From contig CDRNVI010000138.1 of NCBI GenBank assembly GCA_977017575.1, positions 1 to 64,000 of the forward strand: a stretch of 64,000 nt of DNA. The letters run 5' to 3'. Position 1 is the stretch's first letter, and every line of letters starts with the position of its first letter. This DNA comes from Paramoeba atlantica (lineage: Eukaryota; Protista; Discosea). The notes under the pieces are model-generated. The model saw nothing but the letters and a program-made list of their open reading frames with translations. It made no database searches and was not told where the DNA came from. The translations under genes were made by a program, and so were the position numbers. This document shows, piece by piece, positions 20,536-34,190 of this stretch.

Positions 20536-23500
20536 TCATTTTTGGAGAAAATGTGTTACTTGTTGAAGCCAATCAAATTTGTGGTAATGGGCGACTGTCT
20601 CCAAAATATGAAGACTTTCTTGAATGCTCTCTCGAGTTTGTAATAATACAAATGTTCCAGAACAAGCTGGACATGTTTCTGCAACATCTTCAGCTTTCAC
20701 CATTCGGCATTTGTTACAGGCAAGATCCTGTTTTTTTTTTGTGTGAAAAAAAGAGAAAAAAAAGAAGAAAAGAGAAAAGAAAAAAAAAAGAAAAGAGAAA
20801 CAAAAGAATTTTTGCAAACCTGAAGTTGATAAGCCATCGAGAGTTGCTGGGCTGTGGTGACCAACCGAAGTTGAATTGCGGATGTGTCATACGGATGTCG
20901 ACAATGACGACACCTCCATTTCCCAGCAAGTAAAAGAGGATCTCGAAGAAGATCAAGATCACAATTGGATGAACAAAATGTGCACATAACATCTGATAAA
21001 ACATAAGATGGACATGGGTTTGTGAACATTGACTCAGCGGAATATTCAGGAACATTCAACATCCGAAGCAATTGTGAGTGCATCACATGAACTCGCTGTT
21101 CAGATTCCGGGTCAAGTGCCAACACATGACAGACAGATTTAACAAATTCGAGTCCCCAATGGAAATCTTTCTTGCCGAGATGATAGGCCATAATCTTGTG
21201 TTCTGGAGGCCATTCTTCTTTTGATGATGATGAGTCATCAGAATTGAGAGACAAGCTATTTGTACAACTTCGGTGAGATGGGAGTGCTTCGAGAACACCC
21301 ATCATTCGTTGGGAGACTGAATGAAACAATTGATCTAACTCACCGCTAATATCAGAAGAGGAGGACTTAGCGCCTTTTTTTCTGGTTGTCGCCAACTTTT
21401 GAAATCGAAAAACACTGAGACAGTATTGAGCAATTGTTGCCAAAAAGAACTCTTGCAAGCGGGATGGAAGATAATCTGCAATATTCCAATGAGCAACAAC
21501 ATCCACACCATCATCAAGATCGCCACCACCATCAGCCCTTTCATCAGGAAGTAGAAAAGAAGGTTGCTGCTTTTGTGATGACTTGTCTCCCAAACTCCCA
21601 ACCACACCACCATAGTTATGTTGATCCATAAACACAAATACTTCCCACATTCTGGCAATTTCAAAAGATACAAATTCAAGAGCATTATCTTCTCCGATAT
21701 TTCCAAGAACAAAATCCATGTAGGCTCGAGCATCGGAAAGAGTTTGCTTATTTGTTGCAATAATCAAATGATTAAAAGAAGCAGATACAACTTCTGCACC
21801 AAGTGTTCTCAATCGACGAACAAGCCTTGAATATACTTTTTTCATTTGGAGATTGAGCAAGTGGTGCAAGGCTGCATCATAGAACTTTGAATAAGGGTTC
21901 GACAACCATCTGAAACAGTGATCGATCAACATGTCAACTAATGAACGATACTGGCTATTCCCAGAACCGACATCACGAAGCCAATGGGAGACAAGCTTGT
22001 TCACCATCTCGAGAGCAGGGAGCAATGGAGAAGCACCATCTTCAGCAAGATCAGTTTCAGTTAGACTGTTCAGCTGCAAAATTGTATTGACTGCGACATT
22101 TCGGACTGTCAGTTCCACTGTAATATTGCGGTAGGCTTTCGGAACGCAAATGGTTGGGCGAACAAAGTCATCAAAGGCCAATTGTGCCACCACAGCATTG
22201 TCATCTTGTTCAATTTGACCAACATCAGCTCGAACTGAAGGAGAATACCACAGCAAGAAATTATTTGCTTTCAACAAACGAGCAAATTGAATATCAGCCA
22301 AAAACACTGGATGGTCTGTCTGGAGATTTGCAATTGGGACTTCAGCATAACGCGCACAGAGGAGTTGTCGAACAAGCCAATTACTTGATTCCCTCTGTCG
22401 ATTCACTAAATAGGCTGCCGCTTGGTTCTCCCACTGAATTGCTGGATACATATTATCAACTTGGTTTCCGGGAACTTCAACAACAACCATTCGCTCTAGC
22501 TCCGAGATATGTCGACAAACAGATGCTCGATCCATTGTGGACTGCCACATAAGCAACCTTGGTGCAATTTTATTTCGCAATGTTTCAAGTTCTTTCTGAA
22601 GAGCTGATAAAGCAGCATCAGCATCTGTGAAAGTGCGAATTTCTGCTTTTGCAGTCCAACCGAATCGTCGTAACGAGCGGACAATCGCTCGTTCAGACTC
22701 CTGCCGAGCTGATCTGACAGAAGCACCATTAATGACAAGAATAACAGCTTCCATTGAACCATCAGGTCCCGTGGGTGAAAACAATCCAATGAGCCCTCGT
22801 GTCATTCGAGCAGCAAACGAAAAGTAGACATACAAAGTATCTTTCAAAGAGAAGTCTGCTATGTAGTCATGAAGCTCTTCACTTTCATGACTCGCAGCAA
22901 CACCATATCTTTGCAATTCAGAGAGAGAGAACGAGAAAGAAGACGAATTTGGATCCGCCATGCGAGCCTTTCTTGCTGATGGCGTTAACCCACAAACACA
23001 TCCGAGTTGAAGAAGTGCACGAGTGACCAATGGGACGTTGGTCTCATAAACAGCATGGATGTCAGGTTGAGAAAAAAGCGCACCAAGTGTTTTTTGGTTT
23101 GCTTCATAGGACTCTTCATCCATTTCCACCTGTTTTTTTTTCAACAAATCAATAAAAAATAAATGATATTGAATATTAAACTAACTAACTCATTGATTTT
23201 TTTTTGAAAAAAAAAACACAAAATTAAACCTCAAGAACTTCAATTTCACGACGACCACCACGAGGAATGCGGCACTTGACTGGTTTCCCACATTGAAGAC
23301 GGTCTACAGTGGGACCATCATCAGCATGAACATAAAAGATACGAGGAACATGGACACGCAGATCATACACTTGACCATGAATAAGAGCCCAAACTCGAAG
23401 GTGTCCAGGGCGATTTGTGGGAATAATTTGCAAAATATGCCACGGAGCTTGCCAGACAAGCGATACCTGGCGATCCAGATAGGCACCAACTCCGAAACCT

Positions 23501-26500
23501 GCTCCTTTTCGAAGAAGCCCCAAAGAACGGGGCACTGGGCGTCCTTGATCAAGACAACGGATCAATTGCTCCTTCTTTTGTCGTTTCAACTGCCTCTGAA
23601 TCTGCCATTTCGTTTTCATCCATTTCAACCATCTATCATGCTCATGCTCAGGGGGCATCTTTCCAAGTAACACCAACTGTTGTTCAAGGCTCACCAATGT
23701 GCTGCTGCCTGTTGCTGTTGCAGGCTTTCTCTTACCACTCCCTTGCAAGGAATAACTTGTGGTGGGAAGAATTGCCACCTCTGTCCCAGAGGAGGGAGTT
23801 TCATCCTTTTTCGATGTCGACACCAATCCACCCATAAGCTTTCCAAAGGTGTCTGTGAGAGAGCGTTGTGTGTTTTGTGTGCGCTGTATTCGACGTTTTA
23901 ACCAATCAGGGTGAGGAACTCGAGGCGCAGGGTTTTTGACGTTCTGAAGGGCAGCAGGAATGGTGATAATCTTACGGACAGCCCCTCCAAGTCGATCAAT
24001 ATAATAATCCCAGTCCACAATATCTCGTAAGTTTGTTGAACAACGAGGATCTTTTGTCCATTTGCGGAGATAATGACTTGCACGATCAGTATCAGCTGAA
24101 AAGATTGCCACAGGAATGGCTCTCTCTGCCACAGGAGCACCATTGGGTTGCCGAGAAATAATAAACTTGCATGCTAGACCTTTTTTCTCAACCATTTGAG
24201 AGCCCAAAAATTCAGCAAGGCGCCTTGCTGTACACAAGGCTGTCGATTTCTGTTTGTTATATTCACCAAGCGCTCGGGACATGACTGATGAAGACGAAAT
24301 TAAATCTAATAACTCATCATCCCCCATTTGTTCTCCCTTTTGATACAAGATATCTAACCAATGATTTGCCACCTAGAAAAATAAAAACAAGAAAAGAAAG
24401 AAAAAGGTTTTGTGAGGTTTTTTTTTTGAAAAAAAAAAAGATTGCAAAATTACCTGGGCGACAGCTTGATAACACTCAGAAAGAGAAGTCCCTTTCAAAA
24501 ACTGCTCAAACACCTGAGCTTGGAAAATCTTAATTAATCTCAACTCTCCACGACGTTTTAATTCAAATCCTTTGAGCTCAGCCAAGCTCCCATCTGGAAA
24601 AAACACAGCATATCTTTTTTTGAGCTTTTTCCCCTCCTCCGTGCTTGCAGGGAGGATCATTGCTTTATAGGGTCCATCAACCTTCAAACAAAATATTATT
24701 AATGATATTTTTTTTTGGTTTTTTTGGGGGGGGGAAGAAAGGAAGGAAAGAAAAGAACAAAAAATTCTTTTTTTAAAAAAACCTCAAAGAAAATAGAATT
24801 CTCAGCCCGGGTCGAATATGTACCACTCGCAGGATCAAGAGTCTGATACTGATGATTGGTAAATCGCTGTTGAACCATCTGATTGAGCAATACACAAGGA
24901 TAAGAAAACACAACTTTCTTGGGAGTTGGTGTTGCATCTTCTTTTCCTTCAGGAGGTGGGATCAAGGCTCGAATCTCGAAGTTCTCAGGGAAAGAGTTTG
25001 GAAGCATACACCAAATACCATCAGTGTCCAACTCAAGTGGTCGACCCACTTTCTCAACAAACACTCGCGCCTCCTTAATGATTGCGGCTCCAGTGTGAGT
25101 CACAATACCAGCCATCTCCATACTGGACCACCGAGAACCTTTCCTCATCACATAACCATAGAAAGAATTCAAAATACATTTGTGAGCCAACTGTAGTGAG
25201 TCAAAAAGCACAACCATCTTTTTGGCATCTGTGATAGTATCCAAATTATTTTCTGCCAAACCCTCTTTTAGTTTTCCTTGCCAACGTTTCAAGCTCCCTT
25301 TATACTCGTACCGGCGATCTCGAAAAGCTCGAACTGTATCAACATAGAACGGGTTCTCTCTCATACAAACAGTTGCGGTGCGCTTCTCGGACTGAACGTT
25401 ATGTGTTTTCTTGTATGTTTTACGGGTAAATTCATTGAGTCTCTTCTTAAAAATAGATTGTTGTTGCTTGGCTGGAAGTTGCATAAAAGGGACAAGGTCT
25501 TCTGTTGACGCGTCAGAGCTATTTTTGGAAGAAGAAGACCATTTTGAAGAAGAGGACGAGGATGAGGACGAGGAAGAACCAGCTGTTTTTTTACCTTTGT
25601 TGTAGAAGCTTTTGCCAGTTGATGTAGAGGGTGCACTAACAGTAGGAGCAAAACGTTCATAGACCAAAGAAGACCGAATTGCGGCTGTTTCATTTCGATT
25701 GGCTGGAGAAAAATCACCACGCCATACCCAATCCATAACTCGCTGACAACTAGAATCCGGTCGATTATGATCACAAGCAGCACATGTTGCAGCATCGACA
25801 ACGGCAGAGGGTTGGAGACGATTGGTAAGAATGATATTCGGATACATCGCACCGACATCCAAGTGATAAATAAGAGGTGTCTCTTGGCGACGTGGTCGAT
25901 CTCTTAAATCTTCAAGTAACTTCTTAATCGCTCCATAAACGTCATCATAGTTGGTAACATGGCTCATTGAAAGACTGTTTTCAACCTCAATCGCAAATTG
26001 AAGTACCGCTGGGAGTTGATCAATCATTTCTTGACAAGTATCAGAACAAAGATTAAACTTATAAGGAAGATCAGAACGAAAGACTCCGGATTCAATGGCT
26101 TCCACATGCCCACCAATATATGTCTCAGACTCTAATAAATGCCCATTCCACGTTTTATCAAGAGGTTCAGTTCGTTTGTTTGGAAAAATAATATTGGCTT
26201 GAAAGGCTTCTACCATCAGCAAAGTCTCACAAAGGGTTCCACTTCCTTTTCGCAAAACATCATCTGGGTTCATTGGAATAATTGTACAGAGTGAATAGAT
26301 AAATGGGTGCACATACTTCTGGTATAAATAGTATGTCGCAACAGCATCGGAAACTGAGTAGGAAGCCATCATTTGTGGTCGTTCAGAGGCATAAGGGACC
26401 ATTAGCTCAGGATCAATCTCCAGAGGATCGAAACCAAGCTTCGCTTTCGCTACAGCTTTCAAACCCTGACTTCCTTGAGGCAAATAAGAATCACGTTTGA

Positions 26501-28029
26501 CCCAAGCGAAGGCGTCAAGATGAGATGCGAAACGGCAACGATATTCATCATTGGCATCTTTGTAAACTCCAATTAATTGTCGCATATCCATCCCATGAGC
26601 CTTGGCTCTGGCCTCAACGAAAGGCCAATCGAAAAAATCACCGTTGAACGTCACAAAAACATTTGGACGATATGTTTGAATGTCAGAAACGAATCGTCGA
26701 AGCAAAGCAGCTTCATCAGGTTCGTTGTACACAGTAAACATTCCTTCAAACTCAGGTTTTGGTGTAAATTCAAAATCTGTTTGGTTTCATATTTTAAAAA
26801 TAGAAAGGGAAGTAATAAATAGATATTGTACAGAAAAACAATATTTCTAGGAAATGAAAATGAATGATGAGAGAACCTTCGATATCCTCAGAAACGACCG
26901 AGCGATTAGTAATCAGAAAACCTTCACCGTCTATCATATAAGAAATCATCATGATTGAATCAACTTCAGCATCAGGAAATTTAAGTGGTAATTTTGTGGT
27001 CTCAATATCAAATGCAAAGACCTGAAAGAGAAGAAAGAGAAGAAAAAGAGAGAAAAGAGAGAAAAAAGAGAATTGTTAAAAAATTCTTTCCTTTAGCAAA
27101 AAAAAAAGAAGAATATTTCTCTGAAAGAATTATCCAAGAAGAATCAAAAAATATCTTTTCAAAACCTTTGGCTCGCCTCGAGTAATCAAATCTTCCCTTC
27201 TCTTTAGTTGAACATCGCCTGTGTTTTACAATAAATAAAAATAAAAAAATGTCTTTTTTTTTGATGAAAAATGAAAAAATTGAAAAAAAAATGAAAACAT
27301 ACCATGAACCAGAGAAACTTCATACCAAAGACCGACACGGTATTCCAAGTCAATCGCAGTTCGAATGTAATAAGGGACATCATATTCTCGAATATCCTCA
27401 ATCAACTGTTCAGCATTCACAACATTTTCCTCTTTCTTTTCAAAAACATCAACTTCACCAGACGCCTTTTTCTGGTTACGAGCAACAATGGGAGCAAGAA
27501 TCGCCCTGGCAGCAACAAGATCTTGAACAGTATGGAAAGAAACTCTCAAATATTTCTTTTGCAAACCAGACAAATGATTTTTAAGATCAAGATCTTCTTT
27601 GCTATTGTACGATAACGAACCGATCCGAGGCAATCGTCGACGTAAAATGGCCTCAACGTCACGGAGCGCTCCGTTCTTTACCCCGACGTAAAAATAGGGT
27701 TCGTGTGGTACTGTTGCTTTAAATGTTCTTCCATCTTCTTGAATGAAATACAAATCTAAACATGATTTTAGTGCTCCTGTCTCAGAGTCAGGTTGCAGAG
27801 TTGGATGCATATTCATTAACCACCCCAATTTCTTGTTGCTTTCATCAACTCCAAAACGGACAAATCCAAAACGAGCATCCAAGGCATCTTCTCGGATGAC
27901 CTTTTCTCTCATTTCATTTAATCTTTCTTCTGGGGTTTTCGATTCAAAACCCCCCTTACTCATCCCTTTCGATCCCTTCGATCCACCCCCATCTTTCCAA
28001 GAAGTCTTCTTTCTCTTTCGATAAGACAT
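20536..28029 (-). CDS. POLE: DNA polymerase epsilon catalytic subunit
   Basis: [104 protein letters not shown], and C-terminal CysA/CysB zinc motifs. GT-AG introns join the exons in frame. Confidence 0.98.
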
Positions 28030-28197
28030 TTTTTCAAAAAAGAAAAGAAAGGACAAAACTCAAAAAAAAGAAGTAACGGTCAAAAAAAAAGAACATCTCC
28101 CAAGAATCTTGTTCGCCAAGACTTTTTTTCAAAAAACTGGAAAACAACACAACATACAAACACCTTGTGTGAGGAGAATAAGAATAAGAATCATAAT

Positions 28198-29021
28198 ATG
28201 CAACATACAACCTCTCCTCCTGGAAATGTTCGTATGGTTGTCTTGGATGTGGGTGGTGTGATCGCTGGAAACTTACATTGGTATCGTGAAATTGAAAAAC
28301 TCCTTCCTTCTTCTCACCAAATGGAATTGATCGAAAAAGAAAGACAAATCCAGTGGAACAAGATCAAAGTTGATGAAAGTATCTCTGTCGAAACTTTTTG
28401 GGAAACCATTCTTTCAGCTGGAGGTCTTCAGGGGAAAATATCTTGGCAACAATTGGACAACTCTTTCCGGGAACAATTCATGATCTTTCCTTCAGTTGTT
28501 TTGTTGATCCAAACTCTCCATTCTCGAGGATACACCGTGGGAGTGATCTCCAACCACGCAAGAAGTTGGTTTGATGAAATTTTTGATAAATTTCGATTAT
28601 GGGACCTTTTCCCAAACAAAGACCTGATAATTGTTTCTTGTGCAACACGAAGCGCCAAACCAAGTCCAGAAATTTTTCAAACTGCAGAGAAGGAATTCAA
28701 AAAAGTTCATCCTAATCTGCAACCAAATGAAATTGTATTTGTTGGTAAGAATTCTCTCCTTTGTTTACCTACTCTTTTGTTTCTCTCTCTTCCTTATCAT
28801 TTCTCCTTTCTCTCGACCTTCTCTAAAGTTTTTTTTTTCTTTAAAATTTACTTTGATTTTATCAAGATGATCAATTCAAAAACACGGATGCATGTACGAA
28901 ACTGATGGGTTGGCATACAATTCTGTTCAATCACGAAAAAGAAAGCTTCGAAAATCTCAGTGAAAAACTAGAAAAACTCGGAATCCAAATGATTCCAAAG
29001 GAGGAATCAGAACAACCTTGA
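28198..29021 (+). CDS. HAD-superfamily hydrolase, 2 exons
   Basis: Motif I LDVGGV, motif II VISN, motif III AKPSPEIF. Motif IV FV|DD is formed across the intron starting at 28745. Confidence 0.88.
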
Positions 29022-29257
29022 AAAAACAAAGAAGGAGAATTGAAAAAATTTAGAAAAAAAAAAAGAAAAAGAAAAAAGAAAAATCTTTGGCATTATTTTT
29101 GATATTGAATTGGGAAGAATTTTATGGACGTTTTGATTGATTAAAATTGTGATTGGATCGAAAGGAGAGAAGAGAAGAGAGGGAATGGGAATCAATGAGA
29201 GAGTGGAGCTTTTTGTGAATCGAACACCATACAATCTCATATTTTCTTTGATCTCCT

Positions 29258-29788
29258 TCAAATATAAGTTGGAGAAGTCAAAAGAGCGATCCCAAAAGAA
29301 GCGGTGGCCATGGTCAAAACACAGTTGTAAAGAGGGGGAGCACGAGTAAACAAGAAGAAGGCACAGACAAAGACAGCTGCAAAAAAGTTGGCATTGATAA
29401 TAACAATTGACTTTGCAGCAGCTTCACGGGAAGTCGCAACTTCTTGTTCGGATTTCAGAGCACCTTTTCGACTTTTTTTCTTTGATCCTTCTTGAGCTTT
29501 CACGACAACATTGGTCACAAGGTGTTCTCTTTCTGAAAGAAGATGTCCCTTTCTTGTGTAGGCTGAGTTTCGGTAACCGTATTGCAAAATCAAACCAGTG
29601 AAGAGTGCCACAAATGAAAAAAAGAAGATGTTATCAATCAAATCCAAGTTGAACATAGTCACATAGAGAGAAATTGGGGCAATGGAAGTGACAAGAGCAT
29701 TAAAAAAGAAAGCAACTTTCTCTTTTGTTGTGATTTTGTAAGAGCTCACAAAACGATCGAGGAAAGCATGGTCTTTGTCGTCAGCCAT
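29258..29788 (-). CDS. SSR3: Translocon-associated protein gamma subunit (TRAP-gamma), intronless
   Basis: Four TM helices, FFFNALVTSIAP, the GYRN..Y..K..L segment and EAAAKSIVIINANF. The ATG sits in the AAAATGGC context. Confidence 0.82.
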   Translation of the reverse strand: MADDKDHAFLDRFVSSYKITTKEKVAFFFNALVTSIAPISLYVTMFNLDLIDNIFFFSFVALFTGLILQYGYRNSAYTRKGHLLSEREHLVTNVVVKAQEGSKKKSRKGALKSEQEVATSREAAAKSIVIINANFFAAVFVCAFFLFTRAPPLYNCVLTMATASFGIALLTSPTYI

Positions 29789-29870
29789 TTTTTGCGCGAA
29801 AGAGAGAGAGAAAGAAGGTTTTGAGAGGGAGAGGAGAGTTTTCTCTTGGCGTCTTTTTTCTGTCCTTCTT

Positions 29871-29891
29871 TTTTTGGCGTCGCGCCAAAAA
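29871..29891. promoter_or_regulatory. Imperfect palindrome TTTTTGGCG-TCG-CGCCAAAAA (E2F-like half sites) in the SSR3/NTMT1 divergent intergenic region
   Basis: 9-bp inverted repeat seen directly. CGCCAA also occurs in other intergenic regions (near 28114, 32446, 48279, 48394). Function is inferred only. Confidence 0.35.
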
Positions 29892-30296
29892 AAAGCGCCA
29901 CGTCGCAAAAAAGTGTCTAAAGTTTGGGTTCAATTTGAATTTTTTTTGAATTCCCAATTTGAAAAGGGCTCTATTTTTTGAAATTCCTTTTTTTTTTTTT
30001 CCGTTTCTTTTTTTTTTTTTGGCACAACAACCTCGCCTCGAACACATCCCAACACAACAAACTCTTTCTCCGGGTTTTGTATGGTCTTTCTCGATTCTTC
30101 TTCCTCTGATCATCAACAACTCCTCTCCTCAAAAAATCCTTTCTTAATTTTCGCACTTCTCTCTATCACTTTTACGTTATTCCCCAGTTTCTTTCATTTT
30201 CTTTTTCAAACGTTTCATTCAGTGAACAATAATTCCCCTCGCCACCAAAACAAAAAAAAGAGACATCGAAAAAGACAAAGAATAGTTCAAGGAGAG

Positions 30297-31423
30297 ATGA
30301 GCCAGTTTGTAGATTCTGCTTCAAAGAAATCATTGGATGATATTCTCAAAGATAATCCTGAGTGGTATGAAGAATCAGGTTTTTTTTTCCTCATTTTTTT
30401 TTGTGTGTCTTGTTTTTGTTGTTCGTTATGTTTGAATTCCCAAACTTTGACTTTTTTGTTTTTTTTTGTATCCCACAATCCAACAAGACACTTTTTTTTG
30501 TGTTTTGTTTTTGTTCATTGTTCGTTGTTCGTTGTTCGTTGTTCGTTGATCGTTATGTTTGAATCCCAAACTTTGACTTTCTTGTTATTTTTTGGTGTCC
30601 ACAAGTCAATGAATACACCTTTTTTTTGAATCCACTTTTTGTTTTTCAGAAAAATATTGGGCGACTCAAAAACCAGATGAAAATGATATGCTTGGGGGTT
30701 TGAAGGTTGATGGGATTGATATCGTGACGTCTAAAAAGTTTCTTTCAAAATTTTTCAGTCCTATTCAAAAGAGAAAAAGAGAAGATGGTCTCATGAATCT
30801 CAGAGCGGTTGATTGTGGAGCTGGGATTGGGAGGATATCTTTCAAACTTTTATTGAATTTCTTTCCCAATGTTGATCTTGTTGAACCAAACAAAGACTTT
30901 CTTCAAACTGCCAAGATGACGGCTGTTCAAAAGAATGTCAAAGAGAGATGTGATTTTATCTGCACTCCACTCCAAGGTGCTTCCTTTCCGGAAGATCATT
31001 ATCATGTTGTCTGGATTCAATGGGTATGAAAAACAATTTTTTTTTTATTGTTTTTGTTGTTGTTGTGGATTTTTTTTTCTTCAAAAGAAAAAAAAAGATA
31101 TGTAACAAAAATCTTGTCAAAAAATTTTGACTTATTTATTTTTTCTTTTTCAGGTGATTGGGTATTTAACAGATGAGGATCTCGTTAAATTTTTTCAGAT
31201 GGCCAAGCGAAGTCTCAAATCAGATGGTCTCATTATTTTGAAGGATAATGTTTCTTCCTCTCCTGGAGATTTTATTTATGACGATCAAGATAAGAGTCTT
31301 TCTCGATCCCTCGAGCATTTCCAAACACTCTTTAAAAAGTGTGATTTGACAATTGTTCAAATGGAAAGGATCCAAGGATTTCCAAAAGACTTACTACCAA
31401 TTTATTGTTTTGCCCTTCGATAA
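30297..31423 (+). CDS. NTMT1: Alpha N-terminal protein methyltransferase (NTM1/Tae1), 3 exons
   Basis: KYW...MLGG, AVDCGAGIGRI, VDLVEP, VWIQW|VIGYLTDEDLVKFF, IILKDN, D..D.S..RS, FP..LLPIYCFALR. Confidence 0.93.
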
Positions 31424-31533
31424 CTTAAAAAAAATCCCAAAAAAAATCCCAAAAAAAATGAAGAAAAAAAAAAACACTCTCTCTCATTCTTCTCTCATTA
31501 ATGGCTCAAAAAAACAAACAAAAATCTTCCTTT

Positions 31534-32231
31534 TCACGAGGAGGATTCTTCTTGTTTTTTCTTGAAGTCAGAAATTGCAGCTTTGATCGCATCTTCAGCA
31601 AGCATCGAGCAGTGCAATTTGACAGGGGGAAGCGAAAGATGTTTTGCAATCTCTGAGTTCTTAATCTCCAGACACTCATCTTTTGAAAGAAGAATGAAAA
31701 ATCAGAATATTTGTTGAAAAAAAAGGAAAAGAAAAGGGAAAAAAAATCTGGGTAATACCAATAGTCTTTCCTTTGATCATTTCTGTGACCAAAGAACTGC
31801 TAGCAATTGCTGAGCCACATCCAAAAGTTTTAAATTTTGTGTCAGTAATTGTCTGGGTGTCGATATCCACCTGAGAGAAAAAAGAAAGACAAAAAAAAAG
31901 ATCAGGAAAAAGAGGAGAGAAAAATTCTCTCATTTTGATTTGAAGAGGAACCTGAATTTGAAGTTTCATAACATCACCACAAGCAGGAGCTCCAACTAAT
32001 CCTGTACCAACCTCCAAAGATTTTTTATCCAGACTGTTTATCCAAACATGATGAACAAAGAGAAACAAACACACACAAAAAAAAGGCAAAAATTTTTTTT
32101 TTTGAAAAAAAAAAAAGAGGAGACCTTCCAACATTTCGGGGGTTTTCATAGTGATCAATCACATTCTTATGATAATACCTCGCAGCAGAAAGGGAAACTT
32201 GGTTTCGAGAAAGAAACAATCCACGAATCAT
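31534..32231 (-). CDS. ISCU: Mitochondrial Fe-S cluster scaffold IscU/Isu1 with presequence, 4 exons
   Basis: YHKNVIDHYENPRNVG, GTGLVGAPACGDVMKLQI, KFKTFGCGSAIASSS, LSLPPVKLHCSMLAEDAIKAAI. Confidence 0.97.
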
Positions 32232-32606
32232 TTTTTGTATTCTTGTTCTTTTTACGTTCGCCACAAAGAAAAAAAGGAAAAAAGAAAAAAAAAAATGACC
32301 CCCTTTTTTGATTTTCCAAAAAAGGCGAGATCAATTTTTTTAGGTTTCTAATTTTTATTTATATTCGAATCGATTTATTTTGTCGTTTTAGATAGTTGGA
32401 AATCTGATGGAAAACTCCTCAAAAAGAACCAAAAAAAGAGTTTGACGCCAAAAAAAAAAAGGTTGTTGTGCGAAACTTTTTCTTTTTTTTCGCAAAAAAC
32501 GAAACAAAAGAAAGAAGAAGAAGAAACTCTCTCTCAACTCTCTCTCTTTTCTCTCTCTTCTCTCTCTTTCTTGAAGGATCCAAGCTCGATTTTTTTTGGT
32601 TTTTTG

Positions 32607-33212
32607 ATGGCGGATGAGCGAGGGGCCAAGTATTTGATTGGAGCTGATGGGAGCCAAGCTTCTCTTTCTGCAGCAAGAGAGGTTTTTTTTCTTCTTTTAT
32701 TTCTTTTTATTCTTAAGATATTATACAATATATTCTTTTTGTTTTTTTCTTTCTCTTTCTTTTTCTCTTAATGAACAAGATCTTTTTTGTTGTTGTTTCT
32801 TTCCCAAAAAAAAAAGGTAGCACGAATCGCTCGACCAAACGACAAAGTCTTTCTTTTAACTTGCATCCCACCAACAGACCCATCCATTCTTGCAATTTGT
32901 TCAACAACATCACTCCCCCAACTCCCCAAAAAAGATTCTGTTTCTGATTTCCACAAACCCTATCTCGAAATATTTGAGAAAGATAGAAAGGAAGAAGAGA
33001 GAGTTGTTGTTGAGAGTTTGGTGAGAGAGGGGGATGCAAGAGAGGTGATTTGTACCATTTGTTTGCAGTTGTATATTGATGTTTTGGTTTTGGGGACGAG
33101 GGGGAGGAGTGGTTTGAGGAGGTCTCTTCTTGGTTCTGTTTCTGATTATTGTTCTAGGCATTCTCCTTGTGCTGTTCTTCTTGTGAGAGAGAAGATGGTT
33201 TTGAAGCATTAG
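32607..33212 (+). CDS. Universal stress protein (USP) domain protein, 2 exons
   Basis: YLIGADGSQASLSAA, EGDAREVIC, DVLVLGTRGRSGLRRSLLGSVSDYCSRHSPCAVLLVR. Confidence 0.92.
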
Positions 33213-33253
33213 TTTTGAAGAATTGGTTTTTGAAGTGTGAGTTGTTTTGTTTT

Positions 33254-33647
33254 TGTTTGCAGTTGTATATTGGTGTTTTGGTTTTGGGGACGAGGGGGAG
33301 GAGTGGTGTTTGAGGAGGTCTCTTCTTGGTTCTGTTTCTGATTATTGTTCTCGGCATTCTTTTTGTGCTGTTCTTCTTGTGTGAGAGAAGATGGTTTTGA
33401 AGCATTAGTTTTTGGAGAATTGGTTTTGAAGAATTGGTTTTGGAGAATTGGTTTTGGAGAATTGGTTTTTGAAGTGTGAGTTGTTTTGTTTTTGTTTGCA
33501 GTTGTATATTGGTGTTTTGGTTTTGGGGATGAGGGGGAGGACTGGTGTTTGAGGAGGTCTCTTCTTGGTTCTGTTTCTGATTGTTGTTCGAGGCATTCTT
33601 TTTGTGCTGTTCTTCTTGTGTGAGAGAAGATGGTTTTGAAGAATTAG
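33254..33647 (+). pseudogene. Two degenerate tandem copies of the USP 3' coding end
   Basis: 33254-33408 and 33493-33647 repeat 33060-33212 with substitutions and a shared +2 nt (GGTGTTTG vs GGTTTG). They are separated by GAATTGGTTTTGGA-type micro-repeats. Confidence 0.88.
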
Positions 33648-34190
33648 TTTTTTTTTGTGGGGGGAAGAAAGGGGAAAAGGAAGGGGAAGAAAGGGGAAAG
33701 AAAGGGGGAAGGAAAGGGGAAGGAAAGGAAAAGAAAGATTCACAAAAACAAAAACAAAAATAATTATATTATCCACAAAAAATTTTTCTCAAAGAAAAGT
33801 TGTTTCTCAAAATCACATTGTTTCTTTCTCTTTCTTTCTCCTCTCTCTCTCTCTCTCTCTGATAAAAAAAGAAAACTGGATCAGAAAAGGAAAAAAAATT
33901 TGGATCAAAAAAATTCTCTTTTTTTTGGGACATTTTTTTCTCTTTTTTCTCTCTTTTTTTCTCTCTTTTTTTCTCCTTTTTTTCTCTCCTTTTTCTCTCT
34001 TTTCTGGGTCTCTTTTTTTTTTTTTTTGAGTTTTGTTGTTAAAGGTTCTGTTGTCTTGTTTTTTTTTTTTAGGATTTATTGAATTCCTATTTTCCCCAAG
34101 GTTTTTCTTTTCTTCTTTTTCTTCTTTTTCTTCTTTTTCTTTTTTTCTTTAAAAAAAAAAAAATAAACAAATAAATAATAATAGACAAAG

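Noticed and set aside
25500-25650. Intein or mobile insert in POLE
   Set aside because: The insert is short and Ser-rich, with no N-terminal Cys/Ser block, His-Asn end or LAGLIDADG motif.
29789-29908. 40-aa N-terminal extension of SSR3 given by the ORF track
   Set aside because: It begins at a non-ATG codon in promoter DNA. The ATG at 29788 has the AAAATGGC context and gives a normal TRAP-gamma length.
33213-33776. Minus-strand ORFs repeating MLQNHLLSHKKNS
   Set aside because: Antisense translations of the USP 3' end and its tandem duplicates.
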